Below are positions 39,730-53,544 of a stretch of DNA of 64,000 nt, piece by piece. Within the stretch, counting starts at the first letter, position 1; each line of letters starts with the position of its first letter. The stretch lies in the NCBI GenBank assembly GCA_000165425.1, contig CT868650.1:186001-250000 (forward strand), in the 5' to 3' direction. The notes beneath the pieces were generated by a model. That model ran no database searches. It was not told the origin of the DNA and saw only the letters and a program-made list of their open reading frames with translations. This stretch comes from Paramecium tetraurelia. Lineage: Eukaryota. The position numbers were made by a program, and so were the translations under genes.

Positions 39730-40060
39730 TCATTAATGTAAAATTCCGATAATGTCTGAATCCCTAAATATGAAATACTCTTAATCTGCCAACTTGATTT
39801 TCTATCCTCCATAATCTGGAAGTAAAACAACATCACCAGGTTTGACTAAAGTTGCTATGACATTTCCTTTTGAATCTATTTATCCTGGGCCAGCCTGGAA
39901 ATTTCTAGAATAAAATTCTTACTTCGACGACTTTTCCGACAGCCTATTTGTCTTCTGAACTTTATAAAAGGATTCCTGAAGCTGTTTTTGTTACAGGTTC
40001 ATACTTTTGGATTAAAACTCTGTTGAGGAGAGGTGCCAATTTCTTGAATTAAGATGCCAT
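39730..40060 (-). CDS. HSP10: 10 kDa chaperonin (mitochondrial Hsp10/GroES)
   Basis: PLLNRVLI, KTASGILL, AGPG, VKPGDVVLLPDYGG, FRDSDIIGIL. One 28-nt intron. Confidence 0.96.
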
Positions 40061-40259
40061 TCTGAATCTACAAATTGAACTTAAATAAAATAAATATCAG
40101 AATTAAATTTTTAAGTACACAAATAAAAATACTATTTTAGAATTTGCTAGAAAATTTGATCACCTTGATCCTGTAAATCAATTCCATTTCTGTATTTCAA
40201 AAATATATATTAATGTATTCTATTACTATATCTATACTATATTGATATTGATTTATTTA

Positions 40260-42026
40260 TCAACCATCTCTTTGATCTCCAAATGTTTCTTAGGGTTCCT
40301 CCTCTCCTTGACGTCCTGATTATTATTACTTCTTCTTGATTCCTGATACAACATCATCAATTCTCAACAACATACATGCTGATTCGATGGCAGTTTTAAA
40401 AACTTATCTAAAATGATTTAATAATTAATGTACTTTTTTACAGACAAAGGTTCCCAAACATTAATATCATTCATCTTTGCAATCTTTCCAGTATTTCCAT
40501 CAACTCCAAAAAATAATCCTCCAGTTTCACTATGTTTGGCTCTTAACTCTGTCAAAATTCTGACTGTATCAGCTCCACAATTGGCAGAGAGAGTTCTTGG
40601 TATGATTTCCAAAGCATAGGCAACTAATTAATATATAATTGGTAAATATACCAGCTTTATATGGGCAATTGACCCAATCCTTCAACTTTATTTGCTTTTT
40701 CCAATAATCTAGCACTGACTTCCATTTCAACTGCTCCTCCTCCTGGTAATAGTTTTGGATCTTGATAAATATTTTTAGCAACTGCCAAACAATCATGTAA
40801 ATTTCTTTCCTAATAATATTATTTTAAAATAAATACCATTTCATTCAAAACATCCTTTGATGCACCTCTCAATATGATAGAGCATGCAGTTGGATTTTAG
40901 CAATCTACAAAGAAAGCGAAATAATCATCTCCAATTTTCTTGACTTCAAATGTTCCACATAATGTACCAACGTCGGTTTCCTATAATTCTTCTGGTCTAT
41001 TGACAATAGTGGCACCTGAAACTCTGGCAATTCTTGTGTTGTCTGTCTTTCTGACTCTTCTAATGACGGAGACATTTCCTTTTAATAAAAAGTGTTAAGC
41101 CAAATCTGAAACTCCTTTTTCTGTAATAACAATATCAGGTTTGTGTTTCAATATATCATTACACATAAGGGCAACCTCATTAATTTCTTGTTAGAGTGCA
41201 TCAGTCATATCTGATTCCTTTGTCATTTCCATATTAGTCATAGATTCACCTTTCTTGTATTCCAATGTGCAATCCAATAATATAATTCTTGGGTTCTTGA
41301 TTTCTCTTCTCATTCTTGGATGTGTAACATCTTTATTAATCATGACTCCTTCAAGTACACAACTTTCTTCAAGAGTTCCTCCTGGTATTTTTTCTACCTT
41401 TGCATACCTCTTAATTTCTAAATTCAATTTATTAATATTTCCTCCTCTAAGAACTATTCTGGTTGCTTATAAAGAGAGATCACTAATTAATGTTCCCCCA
41501 TCTGAATGCAAATTTAGTACCAATACAAGATTGTAATGCTTTCATAACTTCTTGCTTTTTGTCGGTGTCTATTTATTATGAAATTTCATCCAAGATATTT
41601 ACAGAATCTTCCAAGGCTCTGAAATACCCATTAACAATTTCTGTTGGATGAATATTCTTTTCAATGAATGGTCGTGCTGCTACCATCATTTCACCTGCCA
41701 ATATGATGACGGATGTTGTTCCATCTCCAACTTCTTCATCTTGAGCCTTTAAATTCTTAGTTATTATAATATACTCTTGCTAATTCGATCATGCTCTTTG
41801 CTGCTGGATGCTAAACATCAATCTCTCTCAAAATTGCATTACCATCATTTGTCATTACAATGCCGCCCATTGGATCAAGTAACATTTTTAACATTGATCT
41901 GGGTCCAAGAGTAGTCAATACTATATCTGATACAGCTTTGGCTGCCTAGATGTTTCCTAATTGAGCTTTTCTACCCTATTCTCTTTTTGTGTTAGCATTC
42001 ACTACAATCACTGGAGCTCCTTACAT
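40260..42026 (-). CDS. CCT3: T-complex protein 1 subunit gamma (two apparent +1 frameshifts)
   Basis: [61 protein letters not shown]. Extra bases at 41495-41499 and 40663-40665. Confidence 0.95.
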
Positions 42027-42124
42027 ATATTTTTAAATATAAAAACTTTTAATGGATTTGATTATTTTCTTTTATATTTATCAATTCCTATAGAAAACTG
42101 CAAATTTATTATAACAATCAAATA

Positions 42125-42995
42125 TCAAATTTGTTTAATTATATCCTACAGACTGTTTAAGGCTTTGATGATCTCTGCATTAATCTCAGTAGATTCTGGA
42201 TCCACCTTAGTATTTGAAAAGTCAATCAGTTTAATTTTAAAATCATTATCATCACGATAAATCAGCAACAAACTTGTACCTTACCACGAGATCACTTATT
42301 TACAATGATTAGTAATGAATTGCTTTAGGGATTCTATCTTATCTATGGCTTCTTTCAAGATTTCTAATTTAAAACTTAACTTACTATTTCTATTTTTAAG
42401 ATTAAAAAATGTCTTAAGTGACTCAACTAATTCTTCTACAGAAATGGTTCTACCCCAATGCTTATCCTTAAATATTACTAATTCATTATTTTCTTGTATC
42501 TTCATTCCGCAAATCCTTAGCCCTATTTTAGAGGACGTTGAATTTTCATAACGCTATACATGCGACTCTTTGTGAACTGTGTAACCTAATTTTAAGTCCA
42601 GAATTCTCAAGTTCTATGAATTTTATGTCAGGTTTTCAAGTAACAAATATTCTATATAAGTAAATGTGTATACTAGTATTATTTGGATTATATCTCTTAG
42701 AAATGAGAGAATTTAACCATTGTTATTAAGAGTTGATTGTTTGCTAATTTGATAGTTGCTGGCTTTTCTCTAGGATTACGACACCGTTATATTGAGAGAA
42801 GAACTCTTAGTATCCGTCTATTTGCTGAATCCATTCATAAAAACTAATTAGCGTTCAGAATTACTTTTATTCATTATTGTTTTCTATTGAGTAGGACTTA
42901 GCCACAAATTCGCCATCATTAAGTTTAATAAATATAGAATGTCCAGAGATTTATTATTCGAAAAAAGCTTATTGTAATTATTATTATAAACTCAT
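42125..42995 (-). CDS. Inositol polyphosphate kinase (IPK/IPMK family)
   Basis: QISGH, YLLLENLT, ILDLKLG, STSSKIGLRICGM, TSLLLIY, KLIDF. Confidence 0.88.
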
Positions 42996-43420
42996 AATAA
43001 TAATATATAATCAAAATAAGTTATGTTTGATAAAATTGCGTTTTATTAGCATTCTTAAAAGATATGGCATGAGTGTTGACATTCGGTTCCGATGAGGTTG
43101 GGTATTTGGATATTTGTGGGATTTTTAAATATGGTTTGGATTTTTGTATGTTTAAATTATTTATGATTTAGTTTTGTTTAGAAGAATGGCGATTATTCTA
43201 TTGAATTCTTTTTATGTTGTTTTCGTATTATTATATTTATTTTAAATTAAATTGATTGCTTAATTTACGAATTTCATACTAATTAAAAAAGCATAGCAGA
43301 ATGAGGGGGGTACTAAAAAGAACTATAAATATGTAAATTGTGATTATTAATTCGAATGCAACAGAATTATATGTGATTCATAAAATATTGTATTAAATCA
43401 AAGATATAATTTATTATTAC

Positions 43421-44390
43421 ATGAGTGCCTCTGAGAATGTGAGATATATTAAGATTTAGAAAATAGGAGAAGGTGCCTATGGAATCATTTACAAAGCGCA
43501 AGATGTCCAGACTGAAGAAATAGTGGCACTGAAGAAATTCAAGCTAAGTGTATGAAGATGATATATTCCAAAGGATAATGAAGGTGTTCCCAGCTGCGCT
43601 CTTAGGGAAATCTCTATTTTAAATTAACTCAATCATCCAAATATAATAAAGTAAAAAAATTGAGGTTTAATTTAGGTTGATATCTTAAATAATTATAAAT
43701 AAGAAACTTCATTTGGTTATGAACTATTACGATATGGATTTGACAGAGTATTTGAAATTTAATCATGAGGAATCTCACCTCAAAGTATATTCACTATAAA
43801 TTAATTAAGAATATAATTTATAAGATACTATTGGCTGTGGAGTTCATTCATAATAGAAAAATTATTCATCGGGATTTATAACCAAACAATATTCTAATTA
43901 CTAATAATGAACCAGTCCTTATCGATTTCGGATTATCAAGAGTTCTCTCTCCTAATATGACTCCAGGAGTAACTTAATTATGGTATCGTGCCCCAGAATT
44001 ATTATCAAATTGCAATACCTACGATTATGCAATCGACATGTGGTCTCTTGGGTGTATTATAGCAGAAATTGCACTTAATAAACCCTTGTTCATGGGATCC
44101 TCTGAAATCCATCAGCTCTTACTAATCAAAAATATTATAAACGGAAGTATTAACTTAACAGTAACCTTTTAGATGAATGGTTTTTACACAATTCCCAATT
44201 TGCCAAACTCAATAATTTGTTTATTGATTTAATCAATGTATGTATTAGTCTAGAATTTCTAGAAATTATTATAAGTTGATCCATCAAAACGGATAACAAG
44301 TAAATAGGCCTTGTAACATGTATTACTACTTTATTTATTAATTAGCCTTTCTTTTTGGATTAATTTGCATTTATTTACAACAAAGAATGA
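43421..44390 (+). CDS. Divergent cyclin-dependent-kinase-like protein
   Basis: [43 protein letters not shown]. Several short introns. Confidence 0.88.
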
Positions 44391-45140
44391 TTTTAATGAT
44401 TAAATAATAATGTGTTTTTATTATTTTATGACAAAAATTAATTAATTTTAGAATTCTTTATGTAATTTTACCAAGTCATAATTACAACGATGCTTTCAAT
44501 TTAAATCATTTCAATCCATAATACTAAATTACTATCACCAATATATGCCGATGATCTAAAAAATACACCCTCTACATTTAAATCCATTTGAATCCCTACA
44601 TCAGTGGTTTCTCTACTCAAATTTCAAAATTGTAATTCATACCATAGTATTGACTTCATCAAGAGATGTCATCCTCTTTTGAATTTCCTATGTTTTATGC
44701 ACAGGATTTTATTTAAACCCATCCTCTAATATTTAAAACTACTATTGTCAATAGTGTCAATCTGCTTAACCTTATACAAAAATCGACCTCCTCTTTTTAG
44801 AAATAATGTTCGTAATACTTTACTGAAATTAAAAATAATAGTAATAATCACATTGTTTTGACATTTAGGTTTTAGACTATTTTTTCTATTCATGTATAAG
44901 TGGAATCCAAATAAAGAATATCAAGTTTGCAAAAGTAGTTTTATTAAAACACAAGAAATAATGTAGAGAAAATTAATGAAAGCCCCCAAAATTATTTAGA
45001 ATAAAAGAAAATCTACACCAGAAACAATATAACATTTATTTTATAATTTTGCACTTTGAATTCACAACTTCTAATTTGTTTTACTTCAATTGTTTTAATC
45101 ATTTATTGTAAATATATAAAATAATAATTATAATAAATCA

Positions 45141-45627
45141 ATGGAGTATTTCCTTACAAGATTTACAGTTTACGGAAGTCCATTTTATAATCTCAATGCT
45201 GGTAGAGATCATACTGATTGGGAGAATCAATCCAGACTTAGAAAGGCTTTGAGTAGATTTTAATAATCAGAAGGTAATGATTATTTATTTATTGCAGAGG
45301 GACAAGCATTACCTAAAAAGTTTACAGATTAATAAATTAAAGGAATTAGATGGGGATTACCAGTTGTTGGTCTTTTCGTAAATGATTTTGTTAATAATTT
45401 TAAAGTTTGGCAGATTTATTGGTGATATTTATTGTGCTTAATCATCGATCTACATGAAGGGCATTTTTGCAGTTGTAGGATTAACTGTTTTTAATAAAAT
45501 TGGAATGGATATCAGGAATGACAATGAAATCTCATATTGGACATCCAATTATCCCAAGTTGCCATCAGACATTCAGAAGGCTCTTAGTTATGGTGATGCT
45601 AGATACACCGGAAGATGGATTGATTGA
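45141..45627 (+). CDS. Small two-TM membrane protein of unknown function
   Basis: MEYFLTRFTVYGSPFY.. with hydrophobic WGLPVVGLFFGRFIG and GIFAVVGLTVF segments, two introns, ending RWID-TGA. Confidence 0.75.
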
Positions 45628-45681
45628 TTTAATATTGCAATAATATAAAAAATAAATAAAAGAGAAATATTGACTTATAAT

Positions 45682-47843
45682 ATGCTTAGACCCAAATAAG
45701 CCTTCAAGTTGAATCTAAATAAACCCCCATTAGAACGAGTAAATAGGAAGTAGAATAGTTTAAGTTTATGTGAGTAGAGGTAAGATTTTGATTGAATTTT
45801 CAAAGCAATTATTCGTTGAGTGTGACAAAAAATAAAACCAATATTTCTACGACAATAAATTCTATTAATAGAACTACAAACTCCTTTAGAGTTGATCCAA
45901 AAAGGGAAAAGTTATAAACCCATACAATAGAGCATTAAAAAACCACGGATTATGATTTTGGAAACAAAATCAGGTCAACTTTTCAAGAAAGCGGCAGAAG
46001 AAATAGAAAACTAGTACGATTTGTTATGTGATATTAAGAATACATCTTATAGAGAGAAACATGAAAGGCCTATATTGCATAGTAAATCATTAATATGTGG
46101 ATAAAGAGAAATAGAGAATAATGACTAATTAATACAAGAGTATGAATGTTAATAATTAGAAACTTAAATGTTATTCAACAAGGTTTGATTAAAGAACCAT
46201 AACTGCCAATAATTAATGCATATGAAGATCTAAAAAAAGTAAAGGAGTAAGTCAACTCTATGAATAACAATTTGGAACCAGAAACTTTCGAAGTAGATGA
46301 GTGGGTTTATTAGGGAGATTTTGAGAAACTAAAGCTTGATGCATTAAGCTTGGATGATTTAAGATTTTTGGTCTAAGAATTTGAGAAGGAGGAATATGAA
46401 AGAAATTATTTGTAAATGGATAAAACTTTATTAAAGAATAAGTTTTTTTAAAGATTTGGCTAAGGAATCAGAATTGGAATTATGGAAAAAGCTTCTATTG
46501 AAATTCAAGATGCCGGAAAAGTCATTCTACAATTAGGAGCTTGCAGCAATAACCTTTTTGTTATTCTTAGAGGTTCATGTTAATAGACATTGACGATGGA
46601 TATACAACTGGAAGAATATGAATATTTAACAGTCTAATCTTATAACGATGGGTAAGATTTATCAGAAATCAATTTATTGCAATTAAACAATAACAGAGGA
46701 TATTCTTCAAATAAATTTATAGATATGGTGGAGGAAATCAAAGATCATCCTAAATTTAAAGGTATCAACTTTAAAATAATTTGAGATATTGTAAAAAATG
46801 AAAGAACTAAATTGATTACTAGCCACATTTCTTGCTCATCGAAAACTTATCTATTGCGAATGGACAATGACCAATTCTAAAAGATTTTAAAGCAATCGAT
46901 AGAAAAAGATAAAGAGTTCAAATTGAGCATTCTATCATAAATCAGATTCTTTTAACATACTTCTGCTTCTCAATTATTACATTTAGTGGCAGAATTAGGA
47001 ATTCAAAATTATTTTTAGGGAGATAGTGTTGTGAGAAAGGGAGATCAATTAAACAGAGTGATAATAATTGCTTAAGGTGAATTTGAAATTGTAGAAGAAA
47101 TTGAACTATAGAGAGAAACAAGAAACTATTATTTGGAGAAAAAATTAAAACCCTTTGTCCATAAAAAACCCATAGATAGAAATACTAGGCCATTCATTCC
47201 TAGGGACTAAGCTGATTAAACTTTTGATCAATATTTAAATTAATCTTTTGATTAATCTATTGCTAAACCAAAAGATAAATCAAAAGATTAACCATAAGAC
47301 TAAGCAAAAGAATAACCATAAGATTAATCAATAGATTAATCAAAAGATAAACCAAAAGATTAATCAAAAGATAAAACAAAAGATTAAACAAAAGATTCAA
47401 GAAATTCAAAATGCTACTAATATTGTAATAAGTAAATTATAGGCAAGAACGAAATTGCTTATACTCATTTGCATGTTTTGAAAACTTTGAAGAAATGTGA
47501 TGTGATTTGTGGTAGATCATTATTAATCTTATATGATAATGAGTATGACTAAAAATAGGCAAGCAGTGCAAAGTAATCAATTATATATATATATCTATAT
47601 AGACTAACTGTAGTTGTCAAGAGTGTATAGGGTAGTGTCTTCTTTTTGGATGAAAAAAGATACTAAAATCTCCCAGAAAGCTTATAAAACCAAATTTTAG
47701 CAGGATTAAGGTCTATAAAAGAATTTGATGATTATGAGATAGATCACATAAGAAAACAAATAAAGTCTTGGGAGAAATACAAGTAGAATTTATACTAATA
47801 GTTCGTATTAGATAAACGTAAAAATTCGTTTAAACTATACTGA
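45682..47843 (+). CDS. Cyclic-nucleotide-binding-domain protein (two cNMP-like domains)
   Basis: AGKVILQLG..NLFVILRGSC and LGDSVVRKGDQLNRVIIIAQGEFEI beta-barrel signatures. TGA at 47841-47843. Confidence 0.72.
47205..47397 (+). repeat. 12-nt coding minisatellite (approx. GATTAATCAAAA units encoding D-Q/K-S/P/T-K)
   Basis: Tandem gattaatcaaaa/gataaaccaaaa/gattaaacaaaa variants, decaying toward the 5' side. Confidence 0.85.
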
Positions 47844-47914
47844 TAATCAGACTTTTTTTTTTATTTTCATTTAATCTCTATTATGTAACTGAATAAAATA
47901 AATATATATATGAG

Positions 47915-50900
47915 TCAATTTTAAGCTTTTTTTTATAGAATTGAATTTAATTTGTCTGCAATTTTAGAATCTAGCATTAGATTTTATTTGAGCTACAGTA
48001 AGTCTAGAGCTTAAGTTGGTTATTCAACAATTTCATCTTATTAGTCTATTTCACTATAATCATATTTCTCAATTGCATGATTTAACTAATCTTCAAATTG
48101 TTAGAATTCTGGATCTTCGATTTCTGTCTATTTCTTTGAAAGCCTCGTTGTTGATTGCAGATCTAAATCCTCAACTATCTGAACATTGTCTGTGAAAATT
48201 ACTCCTTCAGAGGTTCGTTTAATCCAAGGAGCTTCTGGTTTATTTTCAACAACAGTTGGCTAAAATAGTTAATAATTTATTATACACTGATTGCTTCAAG
48301 TAATTTGTCGTCAAATTTGATGTTCATTTCAGGAATCTCAACTGTGGGCAAACAAAAGGATAACCTCAACAATAAGCTCTATTTATATTTCTTTAAAGGC
48401 AGTTTGACCATTGGATATATTGAGCATAATCTGTTGTGTTATGGAAAGATGATGAATTCAGTCAGCTTTGAAAGCTCAGGATTGATTTCACTTTTAGGAT
48501 TCTAATCTTCTTTCAATAATTCAATAAATTATGATAGATGTTCTTAGATTTCTGGTTATGCTATATTTTCATGCAATTATTCTAAATAATCATGTGCCGA
48601 TTCTGTTTATCCTAAGAGTAAATGTACAGTGGCTCTATTGAAATAGTATTCAAATAAATTGTAAGTTCTATCGCTGAATTCAAATTCTTCCAAAGGTTTG
48701 CTTCTACATTCAATCTTCTTCTGAGTTTAATTCAACTACTCTAAAATATATTAGTCTGAATCATTGATAGAACCTAACTCCTTCCTCTATTGATCCTCTT
48801 TAATTTTATATGATTCTCTTAATGCTTATTGGGCACCTTCATATTATTTTAAGTAGAATAGGAATATTCCCTTATAAAATAGGATGTCTGATTTTTTGAA
48901 TATCTTTCCCTCTGCTCCCTTCTTTAAAATTTGATTAGCACATTGTAGGGCTTCCTAAAACAGATTCTAATCACTATTCGCTGTTGATGTATTCTTTAAC
49001 TATTGCAAGATATTTAAATCCACAATAGCATGGATTTCATTTGATTATTCTACTATTTTTTGCAGATCAAGCATTGAACTATTTAGTTCCTTAATTAAAA
49101 TATATGTTTTGGCTCTGTAGTACAATACTTGCAAGCTTTTTTCAGAGCTAATACTATTAGAATAGGACTGGATAGCATCTTCATAAGCACCAATCTAAAA
49201 GAACAAATTCCCTATGATAATATCATTCTATGGATCAGTCTATTTAAATTCTTTGTATTTTTGAGCATCATAATAGGCATTTTTCCTATCTCCCAAATAT
49301 AGAAACATTTTCGCTCTATTTAAATAGGCATCAACGAATTTCTCATCAAGATTAATTGCTATGGTTAAATCATTAAGAGCAAGTTCAAATGCATTTCTAC
49401 AAGCTTATATCATCCCTCGGACGTAAAAATGCTTTGCTACATGATCTTCCGACTTTTCTATGGCCTTATCTAAATCCATTAAGGAATCTTCCAATCTTCC
49501 CTATGCAAAAAGAACAATTCCTCTATAAAACAGTAGATTCGATTGCTCATTTATTTTGACTGCCATGTCCATGTATTTGAGAGCATCATTCAAAAATTTA
49601 TTTTTTTTTTCGACATCATCTTTTGGAATAAGATAACTATAGAATTTGACTAAAGTTGTGGCCTTGTAAAAGTAAGGTTCCATTTTATTGGGCATTAATT
49701 TTTAGGCTTTTAAAAAGAATCCTTAAGATTGTTCGAATTAGTTTGCTACAGCAGCAAGGATCCCTTCAGCTATTAGTTTATTATAAATGGAGGGTTTTTC
49801 AAGTGAAGCCAATTGATTGAGATCATTAAGAGACTTTTAGTACTGCGATTAACAAAAGTATCCATAAGCTCTATATTAAAAGATGAGAGGTTTCAAAAAA
49901 TCTGTAAACTAATGTTTAGTGATCAGGGTTGTCAGAGCCTCAACACCTTCATCGAATTTACGTTTCATTAAGAAAGTAACTCCATCGGTAAAGATTTTGA
50001 ATTTTTCTAAGATCTTTTCATCGACATCTAAATAATCAGCTCGACTCAACTGATAAAATGCCTCGTAAAAGTCCCTTTATTCAATTTTAATTTTAGCAAT
50101 TTCATAAAGAGACTTGGACACAGCCTTTTTTGAATTGTTATGTTTGATTGATTACTCATATGCTAGGAAGGCTTCTGAAATTTAATCTAATGGGAATTTT
50201 AATATAATAATTTACTTCTTTTGGTACAAATGAAACCTTTTATATATAATGCTTCAGAATCACAATGATCTTCTTCTAAAACAGCCTCAATATCTAGTAG
50301 TGCCAAGTCATATTCTTTTAAATCAATGTAGAGCAAAGTTCTTTTGACTAGTGCTTATCTGAAAGCGGAATCCTCGCATTCTATAGCCTGAGTGCATGCT
50401 TAGACACTGTATTTTGGTTGATTCATGTATCGGTAACAATCGGCTTATCCTATATATGCAATTGCCTTTTTTGGTTGTATTTCTACTGCACTAGTGAAAT
50501 CCTTCAAGGCACGATCATACTATTTCATTTTCAACAAAAGTTTGCCTCTGTAGATATAGGCATCAAAATATTTGTTAAACTGTTTAATAGCATGAGTTAA
50601 CTTGAATTTAAATTAATTATGATACAGTAGTTAAGGCATCGTTTGGACAATTGGATTTTTTGTAAGCGATTGCTAATAGAATGTAGGCATTTCTTTTATA
50701 GAGTGGTTGTTGTGAAATCAGGAGACTCAGATCGGCAATTGCTTCTGAGAATTCTGATTTACTCAAATGACAGAGACCATTTAAATATCTTGCTTCTGGA
50801 TTGTTACTGACTTGGAGAATGTCTTCAAATAGTTTTTGTGCTTCTTCAGTTTGACCCAAGCTCAAAAGTTTCTTGCCTTCAATTATTTCTTAGGATTTAT

Positions 50901-51456
50901 CGGATGGCATTTTATTGGCACGAGCTATGGATTAATTTTGGTATTTTGTACCTTCTGCGTCCATATAATCTTTGAAGGATACGTTGGACATGTTGTTAAA
51001 ATGGATATAACAATCCTCATTCTCTTTTTAAACGCTCTCATCTAAATAATTATTTGTATGTTTCAATTACAATGATTATAACTAAAGGAATGTATTTTTT
51101 TAGAGCGATTCTTTCCAAAACTACTCTACTTGATGAGTTTGTTCTTGGGTAATAAGGAATTGTGAGTGTCCCCTAACACTTTTTTTGAAGATTTCTATAT
51201 TAGGATGGGGATTTAGTATACTTGTATGAGTTTTTAAGCCATGGATTTGGTCTTGGGTCTCGAGTCTCTCTCGGGTAAGATATGGAAACTGCCCTGCTCA
51301 ACTTTGGAAGGCAATTCTACATAATAGACTTGTGGTTTTACTTTTGACATTCTATTAACTTTGCAATTTTAGAATCTAAGAATTTTGATCATTTTCTTTA
51401 GGCTTTTGTCTCGTCTTGAATCTACTAAATGAATTACTTTCTCTTACATTTTTCAT
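47915..51456 (-). CDS. Multi-TPR repeat protein
   Basis: Repeated TPR helices, e.g. EARYLNGLCHLSKSEFSEAIADLS, AYIYRGKLL, LLFYRGIVLFA. The 5' exon structure is inferred. Confidence 0.85.
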
Positions 51457-51695
51457 TCTATCTATTGATATTATTATTATATTACTTCCAAATTTACTGT
51501 TAACTATTAATATAATTCAAAAAATTCCATTCGGAGTATTATTTTTAATATACAGAGATATTTTATAAATATACTTTTTAAACCAAAATAACATATACCA
51601 ATTACTCTAAATATAGGATTCCTCTCTAAATTAATTTCTATTTTTGTCTCATTTCTCCAGAGAAGTTTTACTTTGATTATAAAATTAATTAAAAA

Positions 51696-53392
51696 ATGGG
51701 ATGCGGTTCAGCGAAACCATCTGATGTTAATAACCCTCAATACAGTAATATCTTAATTCCATATGTGAGTCAATGACAAATCTCAATTGCGTGTGACATC
51801 TCTAAATTTGGTAACTGAAAAGATCGGACAGATTTCGTAGGATTATCATCTTCTCAAACCTTCCTTAGGAAAAGGTATTTCTCATTATCCACCATTCCCT
51901 AGGAGCCTATGGAGAAGTTCGAAAGGGCATCCACAAATTGACCAATCAAACTAGAGCTGTGAAAATTATCTCCAAAGAAAAGGCCAAAAAGGCTGATATG
52001 GAACGTTTAAAGGAAGAAGTCGACATCCTCAAAAGATTGGTATGTTTAGTTGTCTCACACAAGGATCATCCAAATATTATAAAGATCTATGAATTTTATC
52101 AGGATAATAAAAACATGTATATAGTGACAGAACTGTGTACTGGAGGAGAGCTCTTTGACAAGATCTAAGAATCCAGTTCATTTTCAGAACGCAAAGCAGC
52201 AGAAACTATGAAACAAATCTTGAGTGCTGTCAATTACTTGCATAAAAGCAAAATAGTTCATCGGTATGTATTTGGTTGCATTTATTTCTAAAAGTGACAT
52301 CAAGCCAGAAAACATTCTATACGAATCTTCTAAGCCTAATGCCCTACTCAAAATTGTCGATTTTGGGACATCTCGCTTTTACGATCCAGATGTAAAAATG
52401 GATCAAAAACTTGGAACTGTAATTCTATACCTAATCTAGCCATACTACATTGCACCTGAAGTATTGGAAAGGAAATATGATGAAAAATGTGACATTTGGT
52501 CCTGTGGAGTCATACTTTATATTCTACTCTCTGGAACAGCCCCTTTTAATGGTGATGACGATAATCTAATAATGGAGGCCGTGAAAAGAGGGTTCTACTC
52601 ATTCGACACAGAAGAATGGAGGTTGATTTCAGTCGAAGCCAAAAGATTGATATCAAAAATGCTTGAGAGAGATCCCAAAAAAAGGATATCTGCTGAATAG
52701 GCCTTATAAGATGATTGGATTACAACTTATGTGAAGAAACCAGAAATAGATCTACCTTAATTGACTAGAGTGTTAAATAACATGAAAAATTTTAATGTTG
52801 AAAAGAAGTTCTAAGAAGCTGCTCTTACATTTATGGTCAATTATTTAGCAACTAGTTAAGAAAAGTAGGAATTATTGACATAATTTTAAGCATTAGATTT
52901 GAATGGAGATGGCAGACTAAGTAGGGAAGAACTAGTTATAGGTACTTCTTGTATCATATATTCCAATAGGTTATTCTAAAGTTATGAGCTATACTGATGC
53001 TGAAATTGAAGTTGATAAATTAATGAAGCAAATTGATCAAGATGGCAATGGTAGCATTGATTATTCTGGTAATTTATGATAGTTTCTATGTATATAGAAT
53101 TTGTTTTGGCTACTTTTAATAAAGTAAAATTGATAGAAGATAAAAGATTGGAATAAGCATTTAAATTGTTTGATAAGGATGGAAGTGGTACCATATCTAT
53201 TGATGAAATCAAACAGATATTTGGACAAAATTCTTAGGTCTCAGAAAAAGTCTGGAAGGATCTAATATAAGAAGTTGATTAAAATGGAGATGGATAAGTA
53301 AATTGTGTTTTAATTAGATCGAATTTAAAGAATTCAAAGAAATTATTGTCAAAGCTATTTAAAATACTAATGATACTGATGACAAGAAATGA
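51696..53392 (+). CDS. CDPK: Calcium-dependent protein kinase with MGC acylation motif
   Basis: MGCGS start, [27 protein letters not shown], four EF hands ([35 protein letters not shown]). Confidence 0.96.
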
Positions 53393-53544
53393 ACAATCTT
53401 TTATATTTATTATTTTACAAAAGAATTTTAATTTCTATTGCACTTAATCACATTATCCATACAAACTAAAATGAAGACTTAAAAAGTATATAATTCAAAT
53501 TAATGTTATCTTATATAATAATAATTATCTATTAAATCGGTGAA

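Noticed and set aside
43060..43270. G/T-skewed stretch resembling telomeric sequence
   Set aside because: No tandem TT(T/G)GGG repeats, only compositional skew in a divergent promoter region.
47205..47397. Possible CRISPR-like or non-coding repeat array
   Set aside because: The units are contiguous 12-mers with no spacers and are in frame within a eukaryotic gene.
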